DNA of 64,000 nt from Eubacteriales bacterium (GTDB taxonomy: Bacteria; Bacillota; Clostridia; Lachnospirales; Lachnospiraceae), in NCBI GenBank assembly GCA_030531385.1, contig JAUNNP010000001.1, forward strand, positions 18,402-82,401. The letters are read 5' to 3'. Positions 19,916 through 28,708 of the stretch are shown in pieces. The notes beneath the pieces are model-generated. The model searched no databases and was not told the DNA's origin. It saw nothing but the letters and a program-made list of their open reading frames with translations. How positions within the stretch are numbered: position 1 is the stretch's first letter; the number at the start of each line of letters is the position of its first letter. Both the position numbers and the translations under genes were made by a program.

Positions 19916-19948
19916 TAAAAAACTGCAGCAAACGCCACAGTTCTTTTT
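19916..19948 (-). terminator. Possible (leaky or bidirectional) terminator between the GntR gene and the efflux genes
   Basis: AACTG..GC (19921-19929) pairs with GC..CAGTT (19934-19942) with two internal mismatches. It is flanked by an A-run and a T-run (TTTTTT on both strands). Confidence 0.35.
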
Positions 19949-19973
19949 TCAACACATCTGGCTTATCTGTTCA

Positions 19974-20651
19974 TCAGGCTCTGTCCTGGCTCAGCCTGTT
20001 AAGTACCGCAATTTCCTGATTCTTGATATGCCTTTCCACCACCTTGAGACCCTTATCATAATCGCCCGAAATGAACGAGTCATAGATCTCTCTATGTTCC
20101 TCCATAAGCGACTGGCGTGTATCCACATCCTTGGTATATTCCATGCGGTAACGATACATATTTTCCTTAAGGTTGCTCAGTATTTCCTTAAGCTTATCAT
20201 TATTGGCCGCATCATAGATCACAAAATGAAATCTCTCGTCCGCCTCTGTGATACGGACCAGATCCCCGCCTCTGACCTCAGCTTCAAAATCATCCTCGGC
20301 TTTGGCGAGCTTATCGATATCCTTTTCGTTGAAATTGGCAAACGCACATTCAAATGCCATCTTCTCCAGGGTCATTCTGACCTGAAGCACATCCGTAAGC
20401 ATTTTTTCTGAAATGCCGGCGACCACAGCACCTTTTCTCGGGATCAGGGTAACAAGCCCCTCATTTGAAAGCTTTCTTATCGCCTCCCTTATCGGTGTAC
20501 GGCTGACTCCCATTTTCTCAGCCAGCTGGATCTCCATAAGTCTTTCCCCCGGCTGAAGCTCACCCTTCAAAATAGCCTGTCTGAGCGTAGTAAATACCAG
20601 CTCACGAAGCGGCATATATTCATCCTTAATTACTGTAAAATCAGAACTCAT
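19974..20651 (-). CDS. GntR-family transcriptional regulator (FadR/FCD subfamily)
   Basis: 225 aa. N-terminal winged HTH ...GERLMEIQLAEKMGVSRTPIREAIRKLSNEGLV.... All-helical C-terminal ligand domain. Confidence 0.88.
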   Translation of the reverse strand: MSSDFTVIKDEYMPLRELVFTTLRQAILKGELQPGERLMEIQLAEKMGVSRTPIREAIRKLSNEGLVTLIPRKGAVVAGISEKMLTDVLQVRMTLEKMAFECAFANFNEKDIDKLAKAEDDFEAEVRGGDLVRITEADERFHFVIYDAANNDKLKEILSNLKENMYRYRMEYTKDVDTRQSLMEEHREIYDSFISGDYDKGLKVVERHIKNQEIAVLNRLSQDRA

Positions 20652-20765
20652 AGCATTTTAGACCTCTCTACACGCTATGGTACTAAAAAAAATACAAAAA
20701 TACAAGACCGAATATTTGCCAAATGACAAAATGCTCCGGTTTTCATTTTAGAAAATGATTTTTAC

Positions 20766-21740
20766 CTATATGAATTTCGTCTCAATAATATCCGAAAGAC
20801 AATCTGCATAATCCATGGATGAAAAGCCCGCGGCCGCTTTATGCATAGCTTCACTTTCAGAAAACAGCCCAAAGACCGTAGAACCGCTTCCGGTCATCAG
20901 CGTTCCTTCAGCTCCGAGCCTGAGCATATCCCGCTTTATCCTGCTGATAAGAGGAACGCTTGGAATGACGGCATACTCAAGAACATTGCCAAGCTCCCCG
21001 CAGATCATTTTTGCACTCTCAGCCCTTATGGCCGCTTGTTCATCAGCTGCTTTGCCGTCAGCATTTCCGGCATACACTTCACCCTTCTTAACACTGCTAA
21101 GTGCTGATACCATTTTTGAGACATCAGGATGGCGGGTCACAAGCCCGTCTCTCTCAGCCTTATCATAAGCGCGGTATACCTCAGGAGTTGAAAGCCCCAA
21201 AGAGGGCTTTACGAGAAGAACATAGCAGGATATTCCGAAATCTATCCTTGTAAGGCGCTCACCTATTCCCTCGGCCAGCGCTGTGCCTCCCATGATGCAG
21301 TAAGGAATATCCGCACCCAGCCTGACACCCATATCCATGAGCTTTTCCTTTGAAAAGCCAAGCTCATACAATGCGTTTATTCCGTTAAACACAGCTGCGG
21401 CATCTGCCGAACCGCCGGCAAGTCCCGCTGCGGCAGGGATCCTTTTAGTAAGATGCATTTGCACGCCGCCTCTCACGCCTGCTTCCTTAAGTATCATCTC
21501 GGCTGCCCGGTACATGAGGTTATCCTTGTCCGCCGGTATATTTTTGCCATGATCTCCGGAAGCCTTTCCTCTCAGATCTGTTACAGTCAGCCTTATTTCA
21601 TTTTCCGGTGCCTTGATAAGTTCTATATCATCACAAAGCTCGAGACTCTGCATGACCATTTTGACCAGATGATACCCATTATCCGTCAGTCCCGTAATAT
21701 CGAGACTGAGATTTATTTTGGCATGTGCCTGCACGTTCAT
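20766..21740 (-). CDS. ispE: 4-diphosphocytidyl-2-C-methyl-D-erythritol kinase
   Basis: 324 aa. N-terminal AHAKINLSLDITG. GHMP motif IPAAAGLAGGSADAAAV. Carries about 30 extra low-complexity residues (KKGEVYAGNADGKAADEQAAIRAESAK) relative to ~285-aa IspE proteins. Confidence 0.9.
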   Translation of the reverse strand: MNVQAHAKINLSLDITGLTDNGYHLVKMVMQSLELCDDIELIKAPENEIRLTVTDLRGKASGDHGKNIPADKDNLMYRAAEMILKEAGVRGGVQMHLTKRIPAAAGLAGGSADAAAVFNGINALYELGFSKEKLMDMGVRLGADIPYCIMGGTALAEGIGERLTRIDFGISCYVLLVKPSLGLSTPEVYRAYDKAERDGLVTRHPDVSKMVSALSSVKKGEVYAGNADGKAADEQAAIRAESAKMICGELGNVLEYAVIPSVPLISRIKRDMLRLGAEGTLMTGSGSTVFGLFSESEAMHKAAAGFSSMDYADCLSDIIETKFI

Positions 21741-21925
21741 ATTTCGTTCATATTTCCTTAAAAATCTTTTTACACCGTCAACATAATTCCGAAACTATTG
21801 ACTGTTACTATGTAATCACAAACAGTAGAAATAATCATTGTTACTGCATTGTAAATAATTTTTTTCATAATGCTTGCCCCGTTAGATTCGTCTATCGGGG
21901 CTCCTCCCTTGTTAAGGGACTTTTT

Positions 21926-22723
21926 TTATTTCTCGGCAATGGCCATATATGTGCTGCCTTCGGCATAGTTTCTCATCACCTCGATCATATCATTTTCCGG
22001 GATCGCGATACATCCGTGTGTGGTCTGTCCATCCACCTGACAGTGTAAGAAGATAGCCGATCCCCGGTATGGCTCACCGTCATAGTTATAGCCTGAATCG
22101 ATGCAATAGTTATAGTAACCCGGATAATCCACTATATGTTCGGATTCAGAGGTTCTGAAATTAGAATAGTCATCTGTACTTACAAGCTTATTATATCTTG
22201 ATGATACTGAATCCCCATTCCAATAATGAGTATCATTGACCTTTAGATAATTCTCCGGAAAACCCGAAAGCGCAGACTTTATTCCCATTGGCGTGTTCAT
22301 CTTGAATACTCCGACAGGAGTCTTGTTGTCGCCTTCCTTTTCCTTATAAAGTCCATTCTTACCAAGTGTCGCGTTACTTACAAGGATCTGCTTAAAGGAA
22401 ACACTGCCATCTTCGGCTTCAGTCTTTTTAAACAGCTTAAGTATACCCGCGCTGTCATTCTTTCCGCACTTAAGTGTAACGACTACAGTCGCCTCTGCCG
22501 GTACTGCTATATCATCAACCATAACGGTCTTTGCCTCACCGGCGCTCGCCATGATCTGCGGTCCCGGTGCCATAGGTCTGACATTTAACCCAAGCGGTCC
22601 CGGATGTGTGCCCATGCTCTCCTTAACACTGTCCGGAATGATAACTCCCGGAGTCCCGGCAAAGCTGTTCATGCCAAATGCCATAACTGAAATAAATAAA
22701 GCTGCCAAAAATATCTTTTTCAT
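21926..22723 (-). CDS. Secreted L,D-transpeptidase (YkuD-domain) protein
   Basis: 265 aa with a signal peptide. Catalytic motif SAIFLHCQVDGQTTHGCIAI (His...Cys of YkuD). Confidence 0.85.
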   Translation of the reverse strand: MKKIFLAALFISVMAFGMNSFAGTPGVIIPDSVKESMGTHPGPLGLNVRPMAPGPQIMASAGEAKTVMVDDIAVPAEATVVVTLKCGKNDSAGILKLFKKTEAEDGSVSFKQILVSNATLGKNGLYKEKEGDNKTPVGVFKMNTPMGIKSALSGFPENYLKVNDTHYWNGDSVSSRYNKLVSTDDYSNFRTSESEHIVDYPGYYNYCIDSGYNYDGEPYRGSAIFLHCQVDGQTTHGCIAIPENDMIEVMRNYAEGSTYMAIAEK

Positions 22724-22781
22724 AGTTAAACTCCATTTTCCTTTATAAATAATTGATTGGAAATTGATTTTACCACATCAC

Positions 22782-22810
22782 TTGAGAAATATCGACACAT
22801 GCATTATACT
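22782..22810 (+). promoter_or_regulatory. Candidate sigma-A promoter for yhaM
   Basis: TTGAGA (22782-22787), 17-nt spacer, TATACT (22805-22810). Confidence 0.45.
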
Positions 22811-22852
22811 TCTTAAGTTAAACCTAAGAAATCTGTATAGAAAAGAGCGGAT

Positions 22853-23800
22853 ATGAAATACATAGAAACCTTAAACGAAGGAATGCGCGTACGCGATGTC
22901 TATCTCTGCAAGACCAAGAATCTTGCAGTGACCAGAAACGGAAAGGAATATGCAAATGTTACCCTGCAGGATAAGACAGGCCAGATAGATGCCAAGATAT
23001 GGGAGCCAAACAGCCCCGGAATAGGTGATTTTGACCCGATGGATTTCATTATCATAGATGGTAATGTCACCATATTCAACGGCGCGAAACAGCTTAATAT
23101 CACAAGACTTCTCAAAGCCTCGGAGGGACAGTACGATCCTTCCGATTACTTCCCTGTTTCGGATAAAGACATCAGCAAAATGACCTCTGAGCTTAAAGCG
23201 CTCATAAGCAGTGTGAAGAATCCATATCTTTCAAAGCTTCTCGATTCATTTTTCGGGGATGCCGCTTTCATGAAGACCTTTACTTCCCACAGTGCGGCAA
23301 AGTCCATTCACCACGGCTTTATAGGAGGCCTTCTTGAGCACACCTTAAGTGTGGCGCAGCTTTGTGACAATGCTGCCGGGCACTACTCCTTTTTAAACCG
23401 CGATCTCCTTGTCGCCGGTGCCATCCTCCACGACATCGGAAAAACAAAGGAGCTCTCAGCATTTCCCGAAAATGACTATACTGACGAAGGTCAGCTCCTC
23501 GGTCACATAATCATTGGCTCACAAATGGTAAGCGGACATATTGCGTCCATCGAAGGTTTCCCAAAGAAGCTTTCCGATGAGCTCGTGCACATGATTCTTT
23601 CTCACCACGGTGAGCTCGAATACGGCTCCCCCAAGAAACCGGCCATCATGGAAGCCCTTGTCTTAAGCTTTATGGACAATATGGATGCCAAGGTCGAGAC
23701 CATGAACGAGGCCATCAAGTCAAAGGACCCTGTAAATGCCGACGGCTGGCTGGGCTTCAATAAGCTTCTTGATTCCAATATCCGAAGGACCGGCCTTTGA
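22853..23800 (+). CDS. yhaM: 3'-5' exoribonuclease YhaM (OB-fold plus HD domain)
   Basis: 315 aa. N-terminal OB fold (...NGKEYANVTLQDKTGQIDAKIW...). HD domain (GGLLEHTL...ILHDIGK...SHHGELEYGSPKKP). Confidence 0.88.
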   Translation: MKYIETLNEGMRVRDVYLCKTKNLAVTRNGKEYANVTLQDKTGQIDAKIWEPNSPGIGDFDPMDFIIIDGNVTIFNGAKQLNITRLLKASEGQYDPSDYFPVSDKDISKMTSELKALISSVKNPYLSKLLDSFFGDAAFMKTFTSHSAAKSIHHGFIGGLLEHTLSVAQLCDNAAGHYSFLNRDLLVAGAILHDIGKTKELSAFPENDYTDEGQLLGHIIIGSQMVSGHIASIEGFPKKLSDELVHMILSHHGELEYGSPKKPAIMEALVLSFMDNMDAKVETMNEAIKSKDPVNADGWLGFNKLLDSNIRRTGL

Positions 23801-23813
23801 TCTGAGAAACACC

Positions 23814-23852
23814 AAAAAGAAAACTGCCGCTGAGGGCAGTTTTCTTTTTTTG
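23814..23852. terminator. Bidirectional rho-independent terminator between convergent yhaM and trkH
   Basis: AGAAAACTGCC (23818-23828) pairs with GGCAGTTTTCT (23835-23845) around a 6-nt loop. A-run upstream and T-run downstream. Confidence 0.85.
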
Positions 23853-23873
23853 AAGATTTTTCTTTATTCCTAA

Positions 23874-25316
23874 TCAGAATTTTCTCCAGGTCTCCTTGCG
23901 GAAGAGTGCGAGTATTGGGAAGATCTCGAGTCGTCCTATGAGCATATCTGCGCTCAGGATAAGCTTGCTGAAATTCGAAAACTCAGAATAGTTTCCGCAG
24001 GTGCCGTTTACTCCGATACCCGGTCCGATATTGTTGAAGGTGGCTATAACAGAGGTTATGGTCGAGGACCAGTCCATTTTATCCAGCGATATCAGCATTA
24101 CCGATATTATCATGATCATGCTGTAGAGGAAGGTGTAAATGCCTGTAAGTCTGATGACCTTCTCCTCTACGGGCTTTCCATCAATATGGACTTTTTTGAC
24201 TATGCCCGGATGAAGCTGTATGGCAAGGTCTCTGAGAGCCGCCTTCCACATGAGCAGGAGTCTTGATATCTTATATCCGCCGCCTGTAGAGCCGGCGCAG
24301 GCACCCGCAAACATGAGTACCACGATGATCCCCTGTGAAAAATGCGGCCAGAGATTGATATCATCTATTCCATAGCCTGTTGTTGTGATTATTGACGAGA
24401 CATGGAAGGCTGCATTATGTATGGTCATAAACGGCGCGGAAAATCCGTTTTGCATCATAAGATCAAGTGAGATCAGTAATATGGCTCCCGCAACTATGAA
24501 CAGATACAGCCATACCTCCTCCATATGCAGAGCCTGGTCCACCTTTTTCATAATAATGAAAAAGTAGAAACTGAAATTAACTCCGAATGCCAGCATGGCA
24601 ACGGTCACTACAGCCTGCTGGGCTATGGTATAACTTGCACAGCTGTCATTGAGCACTCCAAAGCCTCCGGTGCCTGCAGCGCCAAAGGTAATGCACAGTG
24701 CGTCAAAAAACGGCATTTTCAGAGCAAGCAGTACGACCAGTGTGATCACGGTCAGCATGGTATAGATAACATAAAGTATCTTAGCTGTATCGCTGGCCTT
24801 TGGAAGGAGCTTTGAGACCACCGGTCCCGGGCTTTCGGCCTTTATCAGGTTCATCTGTGATCCGTCGCCAAAATGAACTATGGCCGACATGAATACCAGA
24901 ATACCCATGCCTCCGATCCAGTGTGTAAAGCTTCTCCAGATAAGCACGCCCTTTGGAAGCGCCTCTATATCGGTAAGTATGCTGGACCCTGTCGTTGTGA
25001 ATCCGGATACAGTCTCAAAGAAAGCGTCAAAAGGATTGGTCACAGCTCCGCAGATCATAAAAGGAAGCATTCCGACAAGGGAAAGTACGATCCAGGTAAG
25101 TCCGGTGGATACAAAGCCTTCCTTGGATGCCATCTTATTTGCCTGCTTTCCTGTCCTTGTCAGTAAAAACCCGAGCAGTACACCCATGATCATGGGAATG
25201 GTAAAGGGCAGTGTGCTTTCCTGATAGTATATGGTAAATGCCAGCGGCAGGATCATAAGTGCCGATTCCAGACAAAGCGCATAACCTATGATTTTTCCTA
25301 TAACAAAAAGATTCAT
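23874..25316 (-). CDS. trkH: TrkH/KtrB-family K+ uptake membrane subunit
   Basis: 480 aa, polytopic. Repeated M1-P-M2 units with selectivity-filter-like segments (SGFTTTGSS, AAGTGGFG, IITTTGYG, ATFNNIGPG). Confidence 0.9.
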   Translation of the reverse strand: MNLFVIGKIIGYALCLESALMILPLAFTIYYQESTLPFTIPMIMGVLLGFLLTRTGKQANKMASKEGFVSTGLTWIVLSLVGMLPFMICGAVTNPFDAFFETVSGFTTTGSSILTDIEALPKGVLIWRSFTHWIGGMGILVFMSAIVHFGDGSQMNLIKAESPGPVVSKLLPKASDTAKILYVIYTMLTVITLVVLLALKMPFFDALCITFGAAGTGGFGVLNDSCASYTIAQQAVVTVAMLAFGVNFSFYFFIIMKKVDQALHMEEVWLYLFIVAGAILLISLDLMMQNGFSAPFMTIHNAAFHVSSIITTTGYGIDDINLWPHFSQGIIVVLMFAGACAGSTGGGYKISRLLLMWKAALRDLAIQLHPGIVKKVHIDGKPVEEKVIRLTGIYTFLYSMIMIISVMLISLDKMDWSSTITSVIATFNNIGPGIGVNGTCGNYSEFSNFSKLILSADMLIGRLEIFPILALFRKETWRKF

Positions 25317-25328
25317 TCTTTATCCTGA

Positions 25329-26693
25329 TTACTTTCCCGCAACTATATCAGTAAGTGAATTGATTCCCTTATTTGTGGTTACGATAATAACTGAATCATT
25401 GTCTTTTATCATATTTCTGCCTGAAGGAACAATGAATTCTCCCCCGCGTATAATTCCTGCTATGATAAGATTCTTTTTAAGGCTGAGCTCCGCAAAAGGA
25501 ATATTCAGATACTTAAATTCCGATGTGGCCTTGAACTCGGCTATCTCTATACGATTGTCCAGATAGCGGAAAAGTGTAGCCACATTGCCGCCGGCTCCTG
25601 CATTCTTAGCTCTGACATACTGGGTGATAATATCTGCCGTCATCATCTTTGGATAGATAACTGAATCGAGCTTTAAGGTCTGGATAAGGTCATTCATATC
25701 AGTACGGCTGACCTTTGTGATTACCTTTGCCCTGGTGGCATTTTTGGCATAATTGGCGATAACTATATTTTCTTCATCAATGCCTGTAAGCGGTATGAAT
25801 GCATCCGCCATGGAAAGTCCATGTCTCATAAGGAACTTTCTGTCAGTACCGTCACCCTTTATGACCTCGCAGTCAGCAAACTGCTCCGAAAAGTCTATGC
25901 ATTTTTGCTCGTCCTTATCTATAAGGCGCACATTTTTGCCTCTGGTAAGAAGCTTTTCCACCAGGTAATGGGCAATAGTTCCGCCGCCCGCTATGATAAT
26001 GTTCTCAGCAGGTCTGTTTGGGATCCCCTCCGCCTTGATGAAGGCCCTGATGTCATTTCTTGTGGCTACCATGGTGATATCATCACCCTCATTTACCACA
26101 AAATCGCCCGAAGGAATGATGACTTCATCACCTCTTACCGCCGCGCAGACAAGTGCCTTAATGTTAGGCGTTTCCATGCGGATCTGCTGGAGATTCTTTC
26201 CTATCATCTTGTATTCCGGTGTAACATGCATTGTCGATATAACGACATTAGTTCCCTCAAACACATCTATACGGCTGAGTGCCGGGAACTGAAGGATGTT
26301 GTACATCTCCGAAGCCGCAACGAACTCCGGATTAATGACACGCGAAAGTCCAAGCTTTGCCTTAAAGAACTCTGCCTGCTTATAGTAAAGCGGGCTTCTT
26401 ACTCTGGCTATAGTCTCACATTTGGCAAACTGCTTTGCGATCATGCAAGAAAGCAGATTGACCTCATCGGATGTACTTACCGCAATGAAAATATCGGCAT
26501 TTTCAATACCTGCCTCCTTAAGAAGCTCAAGGTCTGTACCGTTTCCGAGGAAGGTCATTACATCCAGGTATTCCTCTATATTATCCAGGGATTTTTGTGA
26601 TGCATCGATCACGGACACGTTGTGTCCGTCGGTGACTAAAGTCATCGCTATTTCGCTTCCTACCTTGCCGCATCCAACTATAACTGCATTCAT
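25329..26693 (-). CDS. trkA: TrkA K+ uptake regulatory subunit (tandem RCK/NAD-binding domains)
   Basis: 454 aa. Two Rossmann motifs (VIVGCGKVGSEIA and IIAGGGTIAHYLV), each followed by an RCK_C domain. Confidence 0.92.
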   Translation of the reverse strand: MNAVIVGCGKVGSEIAMTLVTDGHNVSVIDASQKSLDNIEEYLDVMTFLGNGTDLELLKEAGIENADIFIAVSTSDEVNLLSCMIAKQFAKCETIARVRSPLYYKQAEFFKAKLGLSRVINPEFVAASEMYNILQFPALSRIDVFEGTNVVISTMHVTPEYKMIGKNLQQIRMETPNIKALVCAAVRGDEVIIPSGDFVVNEGDDITMVATRNDIRAFIKAEGIPNRPAENIIIAGGGTIAHYLVEKLLTRGKNVRLIDKDEQKCIDFSEQFADCEVIKGDGTDRKFLMRHGLSMADAFIPLTGIDEENIVIANYAKNATRAKVITKVSRTDMNDLIQTLKLDSVIYPKMMTADIITQYVRAKNAGAGGNVATLFRYLDNRIEIAEFKATSEFKYLNIPFAELSLKKNLIIAGIIRGGEFIVPSGRNMIKDNDSVIIVTTNKGINSLTDIVAGK

Positions 26694-26753
26694 CTTTATT
26701 CCTCACGCCGGGCTGTTAAAAACAGCATTTGCCCTATAAATGAAATTCTAAAT

Positions 26754-26762
26754 ATTATATCA
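26754..26762 (-). promoter_or_regulatory. Extended -10 promoter candidate for trkA-trkH
   Basis: The minus strand reads TGaTATAAT (TATAAT = 26754-26759, TG = 26761-26762). No good -35 element. Confidence 0.4.
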
Positions 26763-26783
26763 CCTTAAGGTCAAATTGTATAT

Positions 26784-26820
26784 AAACGAAAAGCCCTTCG
26801 GATGCGAGCATCTGAAGAGC
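26784..26820 (-). terminator. Rho-independent terminator after rpsI
   Basis: A 13-nt arm GCCCTTCGGATGC (26793-26805) pairs with GCATCTGAAGAGC (26808-26820), with one mismatch and one G-U pair. On the minus strand it is followed by TTTTCGTTT. Confidence 0.65.
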
Positions 26821-26860
26821 CATTGTCTTTTCTTTGTTTTGCAATATATGTAATTGCCGA

Positions 26861-27253
26861 TTATCTCTTTGAGAACTGCGGAGCCTTACGAGCCTTCTTG
26901 AGACCGTACTTACGACGCTCCTTCATACGTGAATCTCTTGTAAGGAATCCTTCCTTTTTAAGAGCAGGTCTGTTATCTGCATCCTCCTGAAGAAGTGCAC
27001 GTGAGATACCGTGTCTGATAGCTCCGGCCTGACCTGCGATTCCGCCGCCGTGAACGTTGGCGATAACATCGAACTTGCCCTCGCCGTGAATAGCTGCGAA
27101 CGGCTGACGAACGATAACCTTAAGTGTCTCAAGTCCGAAATACTCTTCGATATCCTTACCGTTAACGGTGATCTTTCCGGTACCTGGAGTTACATATACT
27201 CTTGCGATAGATTTTTTTCTGCGGCCTGTGCCGTAATACTTTGTAACTGACAT
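26861..27253 (-). CDS. rpsI: 30S ribosomal protein S9
   Basis: 130 aa from the ATG at 27251-27253 (GGGAGGAAG SD upstream; the tracked ORF begins at an upstream GTG). [19 protein letters not shown]...[12 protein letters not shown]. Confidence 0.95.
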   Translation of the reverse strand: MSVTKYYGTGRRKKSIARVYVTPGTGKITVNGKDIEEYFGLETLKVIVRQPFAAIHGEGKFDVIANVHGGGIAGQAGAIRHGISRALLQEDADNRPALKKEGFLTRDSRMKERRKYGLKKARKAPQFSKR

Positions 27254-27271
27254 TATACTTCCTCCCACCGA

Positions 27272-27700
27272 TTAAAATGTAAGCTCTTCAGGCTTCTGAG
27301 CCTGGTGCTTATGATCCGGTCCGCAATAAACGAATAACTTCTTATACATTGCGTTTCCAAGTGCACCCTGTGGAAGCATGCCCTTAACCGCGTGCTCGAT
27401 AACTCTCTCAGGATGCTTCTCAAGCATCTCCTGCAGTGTTACGACCTTTGTTCCGCCGATGTACTTTGAATGGCTGAAGTATGTCTTCTGTGTCATCTTC
27501 TTGCCTGATACCTTGAACTTCTCAGCGTTAACGATGATCACATAATCGCCTGTATCAAGGAATGGTGTGTAAGTAGGCTTGTTCTTACCTCTCAAAACCT
27601 TAGCCACTTCAGAAGCAAGGCGTCCAAGAGTCTTATCTGTTGCGTCAACAACGTACCATTTTCTCTCAATGGTAGCCGGTGTAGCCACATAACTTTTCAT
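27272..27700 (-). CDS. rplM: 50S ribosomal protein L13
   Basis: 142 aa, ...[36 protein letters not shown].... Confidence 0.95.
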   Translation of the reverse strand: MKSYVATPATIERKWYVVDATDKTLGRLASEVAKVLRGKNKPTYTPFLDTGDYVIIVNAEKFKVSGKKMTQKTYFSHSKYIGGTKVVTLQEMLEKHPERVIEHAVKGMLPQGALGNAMYKKLFVYCGPDHKHQAQKPEELTF

Positions 27701-27806
27701 GGTTACCCTCCTAAATATATTTTATTTTATAGGTTAATGCTTCTACCGGGGCTATTGGTGTCTGCATTAAAAACTACATTAAAAAACCGCCGTCTTAAGC
27801 GACAGC
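27701..27806 (-). promoter_or_regulatory. rplM-rpsI 5' leader with a hairpin plus U-tract (possible L13-type r-protein leader/attenuator)
   Basis: About 105-nt UTR. The transcript begins near GCTGTC-GCTTAA-GACGGC followed by GGTTTTTT (plus-strand coordinates 27781-27806), then an AATGC...GCATT helix before the GGAGG SD. Family membership was not verified. Confidence 0.3.
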
Positions 27807-27812
27807 TAAATC

Positions 27813-27841
27813 ATTATACTTTTTAAAGTAAATGCTGTCAA
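27813..27841 (-). promoter_or_regulatory. Consensus sigma-A promoter of rplM-rpsI
   Basis: Minus strand: TTGACA (27836-27841), exactly 17 nt, TATAAT (27813-27818). Both hexamers match the consensus perfectly. Confidence 0.8.
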
Positions 27842-27904
27842 CCGGATTTCTATGAGAATTTTACTTTTTCGCTCCTTCAATTTCCGGTCCTTTGCGTCCT
27901 TGTT

Positions 27905-28708
27905 TCAGTCTTTCGCTTCGCAGGAGCCTTCTTTGCCTTCAATATAGCGGATGCTCACAAGCGTAAGGCCTCTTGCCTGAGCTGTGGGGCCGGCCTTAGT
28001 GCGGTCAAGAGCTGAAAGGGCCTCAGCAACCTTTTCCGGCGTCCATCTGCCTGTTCCGACATTCATAAGCGTTCCTGCTATTATCCTTACCATATTGTAA
28101 AGAAAGCCATTGCCGGTAATGCTGAGTCTTATTGTCCTGTTTTCGTTCCCTGCTGTCCTGCCGTCCTCTCTGAGCGCGATCGAATAAATAGTCCTTACAG
28201 CGCTTCCGCCTTCCTTAAGTATCTGGGACGATGGATTGGCAAAGGAAGTAAAATCGTGCTCCCCGACAAGATATCCGGCCGCTTCACACATTTTGTCTAT
28301 ATCCGGGTCGCTCTCATAAAAAGCGGCATAAAGCCGGCTCTTCGGATCCTCCAGCCTTCCGCAGCTGTATACATATTCATAGGTCTTTATGCAGTCCTGC
28401 TTTCTTGGGTGCCAGGAAAGCGGAACCTCGCAGCCTTCCGTCACCTTCATATCTTCGGGAAGAAAGCTTAACAGCGCAAACGGAAACCTTTCAGCGGGAA
28501 TAGTGCTTTCTGTATCAAACACAGCTATATTTCCGAGTGCATGCACTCCGCTGTCTGTCCTGCTCGCGCCTATAACCGTTATATTCTCACCCGTAAGCTC
28601 ACTGAGTGCTCTGTTCAGCTCACCCTCCACAGTCCTTGCGTCAGGCTGGACCTGAAATCCGCAGAAAGCCGTACCGTCATATGCAATTGTAAGCCTTATC
28701 CTTCTCAC
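27905..28708 (-). CDS. truA: tRNA pseudouridine(38-40) synthase
   Basis: 267 aa. MRRIRLTIAYDGTAFCGFQVQ... with catalytic Asp motif GASRTDSGVHALGN. Confidence 0.93.
   Translation of the reverse strand: MRRIRLTIAYDGTAFCGFQVQPDARTVEGELNRALSELTGENITVIGASRTDSGVHALGNIAVFDTESTIPAERFPFALLSFLPEDMKVTEGCEVPLSWHPRKQDCIKTYEYVYSCGRLEDPKSRLYAAFYESDPDIDKMCEAAGYLVGEHDFTSFANPSSQILKEGGSAVRTIYSIALREDGRTAGNENRTIRLSITGNGFLYNMVRIIAGTLMNVGTGRWTPEKVAEALSALDRTKAGPTAQARGLTLVSIRYIEGKEGSCEAKD

Noticed and set aside
25821-26600. A 259-aa plus-strand ORF (plus several ORFs of 60-130 aa) antisense to trkA.
   Set aside because: It is a shadow ORF inside a strongly supported trkA. It has no motifs and a skewed composition.
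26694-26783. A c-di-AMP (ydaO-type) riboswitch upstream of the trkA-trkH potassium uptake genes.
   Set aside because: The leader between the candidate -10 element and the ATG is only about 60 nt, with one small hairpin. This is too short for the ~130-nt pseudo-symmetric ydaO fold, and I saw no matching conserved segments.
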